Of a stretch of DNA of 61,789 nt, positions 51,037 through 61,789 are shown piece by piece. The position numbers were made by a program, and so were the translations under genes. Under the pieces are notes generated by a model that did no database searches, had not been told where the DNA came from, and was given only the letters and a program-made list of their open reading frames with translations. Origin of the DNA: Reclinomonas americana ATCC 50394. Its lineage: Eukaryota. How positions within the stretch are numbered: the stretch's first letter is position 1; each line of letters opens with the position of its first letter. The stretch is taken from contig PS015055.1 of the NCBI GenBank assembly GCA_048213135.1, positions 102,027 to 163,815 of the forward strand, written 5' to 3'.

Positions 51037-52061
51037 TTGTGCTCTCGTGCCCCTTTCCACACCTGCATGTCTTGCGCTTTTCGTCATCTCTGCATCTCCG
51101 TTTGGATTTCTTTCTCCTTCTCCGTCTCTCTGCTCTCGTGCCACTTTCCACCCTGGTGACCTTGCGCCTTTCACCGTTTTCCTCTCCTTGTGCTCTCTCT
51201 CTCTCTCTCTCTCTCTTTCGCTGAACTTTCGTGCCCCTTTCCACACCTGCAAACCTTGTGCCTCTCGTTCACATTCTCCTTCTCCCTTTCCCTCTCCCTC
51301 TCCCTCCTCCTTCTCCCTCTCTCCCTCCCTCCTCCCTCCTCCCTCCTCCCTCCTCCCTCCTCCCTCTCTCCCTCTCCACCCACCCTCAGGCATGTTCACC
51401 TGCGGCGAATGGTTTGCGGCCGCCAACCCTCGCACCGAGGCGTTCATGGAGCGGTGGGTGCAGATGAACAGCGAAGACCCCGAAAACGATCAGCTTGTCG
51501 CACAACGTTGCGCGCGACAAGAGTTTGTGTGCCGTGGGTGGTGTGGCACGATGCTGACCACATGTCACCGCAGGGCTGTTGGCCGTCTCCGAGTATCGCG
51601 GCATGGCCACCATGGAGGCGGTGGGCGAGCTGGAGGCGTTCCGCGCCAAGCACGAGGCACAAGCGGCCTTGTACACAGAGCGCAGCGCAACGGCGTTGCG
51701 TGTGTGCGCCTTGAATCCCATTCCGTTCCCCAGCGGGTGGTTCGTGTTCCACAACCCGGAAGCCGTTGCGTGTGCTCTTTTGCCATGCTCCCTCTCGCTG
51801 CCGGTCACTCACGCACTCGCACAGTACGCCAAGTACTCCTCAGAGTGGCATGATACCGCGTTTGTGCACTGGAACTTTATGAGCTCGCACGACGAGAAGA
51901 AGGAGGCCATTCGCCGCATGGTGAGCGCATGAGAACGCAGTGGCTTGTTGTGCGTTGTCTCACGAGTCTCGGTGCAGTACATGAAAGACGGCTGGCTGAT
52001 CGAGTCGCAGCCCGAGGAATGCGTGCGCCTTCGCACCGGGCTGAAGCGTGCAAGTCGCTGA
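49425..52061 (+). CDS. Nucleotide-diphospho-sugar transferase (GT77-like), type II membrane protein; 3' end approximate
   Basis: N-terminal TM VFFVLVLLAVCLLWF, DxD motif LKRGYPIFHTDADITFMRPF, then MFTCGEWFA, ENDQ, ALNPIPFPSG and FVHWNF...KK. Confidence 0.82.
50690..51260. repeat. Intronic minisatellite (~95-bp alternating subunits) in the GT77 gene
   Basis: ctctcgtgcccctttccacacctgcatgtcttg recurs at ~50745, 50845, 50935, 51040, 51130 and 51230. Confidence 0.8.
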
Positions 52062-52229
52062 CCACTGTTGATCGCTGGCTGCAGGCCGCATCAGTCGCGG
52101 TCCATCGACTTGCTGCCATGAGGGGCAACACACGCCGATATCGAGATATCGCTCGCGACGACGAACGAAAATCCGCAGATTCTCTCCAGTTTTTCACCAA
52201 GTGAGTGAAAAGCGAAAGAGCGTGAGAGC

Positions 52230-54078
52230 ATGTCTGTGCACGGCCACTGTGATGTTGGATTTGCGCCCGTGCGCGCTGTGATGGAGGAGCTGCTGAGCAG
52301 TGGCACAGATGTGATTGCTCGTGTCCGCTGTCTGAGTTGCTCTGTTTTCTTCTCACTGTGGATGCAGTGTGGACTCGCCGTGTGTGTGATGCAACACGGG
52401 AAAGTCGTGCTCGACTTGTGGGGCGGTCACACCGACGAGGCAAAGGAGCGTGAGTGGAGCGAGGACACGATTGTGAATGTGTTCTCCACTGGCAAGGTGA
52501 GAGAGAGAGAGAGAGGAGAAGAGGAAAGGGGGAAACAGGTACATGACGTCAGTGCTGCATTTCTCCGCTTTTGCACTTTTCTCACTCTCCGTCTTTCCTC
52601 TGTCGCTCTCGTTTGTGTGCACACTTTGCGCTGTGTGGCCGCACGCAGCGCGTCGTGGAATGAGTGCAGACGAGTGCATTGGTGTCGTATGTACGAATCG
52701 TGATCCGCAACGAAGCAATCAACCTTTTCTGAACACAGGGCGTCACTGCACTCCTTGCGGGGATCATGATGGACAAGGACTACTTGTCGTTTGACACGCC
52801 AGTGGAGGAGCTGTGGCCCGAGTATTGCCGCGTGAGTCGCCTCTAACGTGGACAAGCCTTTCTTGCTACGGAGCTCATTGTGATTGCAGAACGGCAAGGA
52901 AGGCACGCTCCTCCGCCACTTCCTCACGCATCGCTCGGGAAGTGCTGCGCTGGACAAGGTGCCGCCGGCTGGAGCCGCCTATGAGTGGGACAACTTGGTG
53001 CATTTGCTGGAGGAGTCGGTGAGAGATACGAGCGAGTGGGCTGCTGAGATGTGTCTTTCGAGGCCTAATATCCTTGCGACACCGCAGGAGGCGTGCTGGG
53101 AGCCGGGTAGCAAGCAGGGCTACCACGCGCTGACGTTCGGGCATCTCGTTGGCGAGATGCTCATTCGCGCCTACCATCGCCGCCATCCCGATCGCCCGCG
53201 TCCCACCTTCAGCGCACTGCTGGAGGAGTTCTTGGTGGCTCCACTCGGATGCACCGGCCAGATTTTCTGCGGAGTCCCCGAGTCGGAGATGGCGCGTGTT
53301 GCCGCCCTCACCCCCCTGGATCCGTGAGTCCACCCTACCCGCCTCCTTTTGTGTGACACCCTTTCCACGATTGACCAAAACCACGCAGGACCAAAATGCC
53401 GCCCGAGGTGGTCCACGACCCGTTGTTCCCCATGGTGGCCAAGCTGATGGATCCCACATCATTCACCTTCAAGGCCATCTACGGCTCGCTCAGTGATTTC
53501 ACTGATCCGCAAGCGCCCAACTCGTCGGCCTGGCGCAAGGCACCCATCCCGGCGGCCAACATGCACACGCATGCCCGCACTCTGGCGCGCCTGTACAGCC
53601 CATTCGCCAACAGTGGCGTTGATATTGGTTTGTGCTCTCATGCCTCCCTTTGTGGCTGCCGCTTACACGCAGCTGTGATGCAGGTGACGGAAACACGGGT
53701 GAGCGCATCGTGTCGGCAGAGACGCTGGAGACCATGTCGAGCGTGCTCACGGATTCTGATTCCGACGAGACACTGGTGTTCCCGGCATCGTTTTCCATGG
53801 GCTTTATGGCGCGTTGCCTCTTCAACTTTGCCATTCCCTACGAGGAGCACCTGTCGGCCTTTGGTCACAACGGCATGGGTAAGTCACTCTGGCAAACACT
53901 GTTCACTTGCAAGAGTGACTGAGCCGGTGGCGCAGGTGGCTCTATTGCCTTTGCGGAACCGGAGCACCACCTCAGCTGCGCGTTTGTCATGAACCGCATG
54001 AACGGCTTTGGCGGCACTCGCAGCACCCAGGCGCGCATTCTGCAAGCTGTTTACGACTCGCTGAAGTCGAGCGAGTGA
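52230..54078 (+). CDS. Beta-lactamase-family serine hydrolase (family VIII esterase type), copy 1, 7 introns
   Basis: Motifs VVLDLWGG, NVFSTGK (SxxK), FLTHRSG, WEPGSKQGYHALTFG and FGHNGMGGSIAFAEPE. Confidence 0.9.
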
Positions 54079-54202
54079 GTGCTGGAGCAGAGCGGAGAGA
54101 GAATGGCAAGGCAGAAGGTTACAATGAGTGAATGTACGTACCACTTGCAAGTCCTCCAGTCCTCCTCCTTGTTGTTTTCGTTATTGTCACTGAAGAGAGA
54201 GC

Positions 54203-56372
<2,170 letters not shown>

Positions 56373-56611
56373 CAGGCGGAGGAGGAAGAGTTGTCTCGAT
56401 CAATTGCAAGTCAGTGTATATAACTCAGTGAAGGATCGAGGCAGTTTGTGTTGCACAACTTGCACAGAACCATGTGGTGCGGTAGATTTGGGTTCTGTAT
56501 CTTGCGTGCGGCGTTGAGAGGAAGAGAGTTGGTGCTGCGATAGGACAACGAATGCCCTGCTGGTTGCCATTGCAAGGAAGCACTCCCTTACGCAACACCC
56601 TTTGTGTGCCT

Positions 56612-57847
<1,236 letters not shown>

Positions 57848-58098
57848 CGATACACCACCGATAAAAAATATTCCGATAGACGGACATGAGAACGTTTCGT
57901 GCTTGGTATGAACCCTCCGTTTACCATATCTCGATAACCCTCCATTTACCATATTTCGATAATATGACAAATGCCCACAAGCCCTTGTCGCACACCGCCA
58001 GATGCTTGCGGCACGGAAGCAGCGAAGATGCATCGACGTCGAAGCGCGTGGACAAGTCCTTCACTTGATTGTTTCAGTTGTCGAGGGGAGAGCAGGGC

Positions 58099-58381
58099 AT
58101 GTCTGTATACGTACACGGCCACTGTGATGCTGCGTTTGCGCCAGTGCGCGCTGTGATGGAGGAGCTGCTGAGCAGTGGGAAAGAGGTGATTGATTGTTGT
58201 TCTGCTCACTCACTCACTCAGTCATACATGAGCTTGTCTCACTGTGGAGGCAGTGTGGACTCGCCGTGTGTGTGATGCAACACGGGAAAGTGATGCTCGA
58301 CTTGTGGGGTGGTCATACGGACGCGACGAAGGAGCAGGGGTGGAGTGAAGACACGATTGTGAATGTGTTTTCCACTGGCAA

Positions 58382-58480
<99 letters not shown>

Positions 58481-60092
58481 TAGTAGTACGTAGTACGTAC
58501 GTACGTAGTACGTACGTACGTAGTACGTACGTACGNNNNNNNNNNNNNNNNNNNNGAGAGAGAGAGAGATGGAGGAGAGTCTGCAGGTTGTTCGTATTTT
58601 TCCGACGTCGCTCATTTCCTTCCGTCACTCGTTCTCTGCCTCCCGTCAGTCGCTTTCTTTCATGTGCATCCGTTGCATTCGGAGCACACGAGTGCACAAT
58701 GTTCTAGACAGTCAAGTTTTATTCTGAATGCATGCGCAGGGTTTGACTGCAATCCTTGCCGGGATCATGGTCGACAAGGGCTACTTGTCGTTCGACACGC
58801 CAGTGGAGGAGCTGTGGCCCGAGTACTGCCGCGTGAGTCGCCTCTGTCGTGGACAAGCCTTTCTTGCTGCGAAGCTCACTGTGAATGCAGAACGGCAAGG
58901 AAGGCACGCTCTTCCGCCACTTACTCACGCATCGCTCCGGAAGTGCTGCGCTCGACAAGCCACCAGCACCCGGAATCGTCTACGATTGGGACGCTCTCGT
59001 GCATTTGCTGGAGGAGTCGGTGAGTGCATCATTGATGCGCATGCTGCAAAGTTGTGTCGTCATCTACCCGTGAATGCGCCGCAGGAGGCATGTTGGGAAC
59101 CCGGCAGCAAGCAGGGATATCACGCAGTGACACTGGGACATCTCGTGGGCGAGATGCTCATTCGCGCCTACCATCGCCGCCATCCCGATCGCCCCCGTCC
59201 CACATTCAGCGCACTGCTGGAGGAGTTCTTGGTAGCTCCACTCGGATGCACCGGCCAGATATTCTGTGGAGTCCCCGAGTCGGAGATGGCGCGCATCGCC
59301 ACCCTCATCCCCTTGGATCCGTGAGTCGTCCGTGGCAGCGTGCCCAAGTCGTCTGTAAAAAGCACTCACACTGGTGGCAGAGCCGACGTGCCAGCCGATG
59401 TGGCCATCGATCCAGTGTTCCCCATGTTGGCCAAGCTCTACGATCCCACATCCTTCACCATCAAGGCAATCTACGGCAGCCTCCCCGACCTCGCCAACCC
59501 GCAGGTGCGAAACACGCCGGAGTGGCGCAAGGCCAGTATTCCCTCGGTCAACATGCACACACACGCTCGTGGCCTGGCGCGCCTGTACAGCCCGTGTGCG
59601 AATGGTGGTGTTGATGTTGGTTCGTCCTTCGCCTGCCTGCTCGATCCTTTTTTTGGTGACTGCAGCTTATATACAGCGACAGGTGACGGAAACACGGGCG
59701 AGCGCGTCGTGTCGGCGGAGACACTGGAGGTCATGACCAGTGAGCACTCGGAGGCGGTGTCGGACGAGACACTGGTGTTCTCGGCATCGTTCTCCATGGG
59801 CTTCATGTTGAAGAATCTGTTCAATGGTGGCGTCTCATACGCAGAGCATGCGCGTGTGTTTGGCCACAACGGAACAGGTGAGTGTGCTTGGGCGACGACG
59901 ACTGCATTGCCAGTGACTTGACCTGAACACGCCACATGTACAGGCGGCTCCGTGGCCTTTGCGGATCCAGAACACCACATCAGCTGTGCATACGTAATGA
60001 ACCGAATGAATGGACTCGGCGGCGCTCGCAGCTGCCCCGCACGCATTGTGCAGGCTGTCTACGATTCGCTGAAGACGAGTGACTCCCAATGA
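58099..60092 (+). CDS. Beta-lactamase-family serine hydrolase, copy 3
   Basis: Motifs STGK, LLTHRSG, GYHAVTLG and FGHNGTGG, with the same 7 intron positions as copy 1. Confidence 0.9.
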
Positions 60093-60278
60093 AACAATCA
60101 ATCTGACATGCTTGTTGCGCACGGTGTCCCTGTACTCCTGACAGAAGAAGATGACAGTCACAACGCACTGAAAGGGCGTACAGATTTGCCAAGAGAAATG
60201 GAAAGGAAGAAAGGAAAATTCTTGTGTGGGGTGAGAAAGAAACGGGGGAAAGCATCGCTTGCTGTGTGCGCGGTGCTA

Positions 60279-60564
60279 TTACTCGCGCTTGTGACCCGGT
60301 GGCGGCGGCAAATTGCCCTCCGTGATCTCGCGCAGCAGACGCTCGCGCTCGCGGTTCTTGATGATGTTCTCCACGCGGCGCATCTCACCGGCCAGCATCT
60401 CGCCGATCTGCGAGGGGAGTTTGATGTGAGACGGGGAGGTGGAGGGAGGAGAAGGAGAAGGAAGTGGAGGAGGAGACGTGGAAGAAGAACAAGAAGAAGG
60501 AAAGGAGGAGGAGGCGAAGAGGAGGAAGAAGAAAAGAACAACAATAACAAAACAACAACAGCAG

Positions 60565-60596
<32 letters not shown>

Positions 60597-61789
60597 GCGA
60601 CAACAATAGCGACAACAAAAACAAAAGAAGAAGTAGAAGAAGAAGAAGAACAAGAACAAGAAGAAGAACAAGAAGAACAAGAACAAGAAGACGGGAAATA
60701 CGATAAACAACAAACAACATGACCAAAAGAGAAGAAACGCCACTTGAGAAAGCCGTTTGAGAAGCAGACACACCAAAAGGGAGGGCGATCACGTGCTCAA
60801 CATCCCCTTTCCCTTGTTTCACCCCTTTCCCTTTTTCGCCCTTTCCCTTTTTCACCCTTTCCCTTATGTGNNNNNNNNNNNNNNNNNNNNNNNNNNNNNN
60901 NNNNNNNNNNNNNNNNNNNNNNNNNNNNNNNNNNNNNNNNNNNNNNNNNNNNNNNNNNNNNNNNNNNNNNNNNNNNNNNNNNNNNNNNNNNNNNNNNNNN
61001 NNNNNNNNNNNNNNNNNNNNNNNNNNNNNNNNNNNNNNNNNNNNNNNNNNNNNNNNNNNNNNNNNNNNNNNNNNNNNNNNNNNNNNNNNNNNNNNNNNNN
61101 NNNNNNNNNNNNNNNNNNNNNNNNNNNNNNNNNNNNNNNNNNNNNNNNNNNNNNNNNNNNNNNNNNNNNNNNNNNNNNNNNNNNNNNNNNNNNNNNNNNN
61201 NNNNNNNNNNNNNNNNNNNNNNNNNNNNNNNNNNNNNNNNNNNNNNNNNNNNNNNNNNNNNNNNNNNNNNNNNNNNNNNNNNNNNNNNNNNNNNNNNNNN
61301 NNNNNNNNNNNNNNNNNNNNNNNNNNNNNNNNNNNNNNNNNNNNNNNNNNNNNNNNNNNNNNNNNNNNNNNNNNNNNNNNNNNNNNNNNNNNNNNNNNNN
61401 NNNNNNNNNNNNNNNNNNNNCCCCTCATCCTCACCTTCGGCAACGAGAACTGCTCCACGATATCGCGGCGCGCGTGCTGTCCAATAGTGTGGCACAGCTC
61501 ATGATCGTTGTAGACCTTGCGCATGGACTGACGGAGGAACGCCGTGTCGGGCTCGGCCCAGAAAGAACGCGCGGCCGACTCCTCGAACGAGCGACCACTC
61601 GGCTGCACCATGTTCACCACCGGAATGGGGAAGCCGTTGTGCTGATTCAGGAACTGTTTGGTCGCGCTGGTGAGACAAACGACCATCCAAGAACCAATGG
61701 GAAAACATCACCGCGCAATTACCTCCGTTGGACCGCTCCAATCGGTGGCCATGGTGGGCAGTGCCATGGCCATGGCTTCCATGACCGGC
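60279..61789 (-). CDS. Glycosyltransferase family 4 (GT-B), 3' part
   Basis: PVMEAMAMALPTMATDWSGPTE|FLNQHNGFPIPV...WAEPD..LRQSMRKVY...G..ARRDIVEQFSLPK|IGEML. Confidence 0.82.

Overview
This is intron-rich eukaryotic DNA from a compact, GC-rich genome. An NPHP1-like gene suggests a flagellated protist; the taxon is not identifiable from sequence alone. The draft scaffold has many N gaps, microsatellites and TACG-type noise at contig ends. The ORF track is fragmentary because introns are frequent and mostly about 60-100 nt, so gene models were rebuilt by hand from GT-AG junctions. Family calls come from recalled motifs, not database searches. Genes in order: ABCA transporter (3' part), a large low-complexity protein, an NAA60-like GNAT, a membrane-anchored repeat fibre protein with a C-terminal Peptidase_S74 chaperone, TUBGCP5, a TraB-domain protein, TMEM254-like, MYDGF-like and SHMT (both split, inverted and duplicated by the assembly), an AAA-ATPase-like protein, an EF-hand/NPHP1 fusion, a coiled-coil protein, a GT77-type glycosyltransferase, three beta-lactamase-family esterases interrupted by a secreted MRH-like/Cys-rich gene, and a GT4 glycosyltransferase. 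The most striking signal is a large second class of 5' splice sites, GTT(G/A/T)CG. It looks like the ordinary GTGCG/GTACG donor with one extra T, occurs at about 25 introns in at least 12 genes, and almost always follows a non-G last exon base. No CRISPR array, RNA gene or transposon could be supported.
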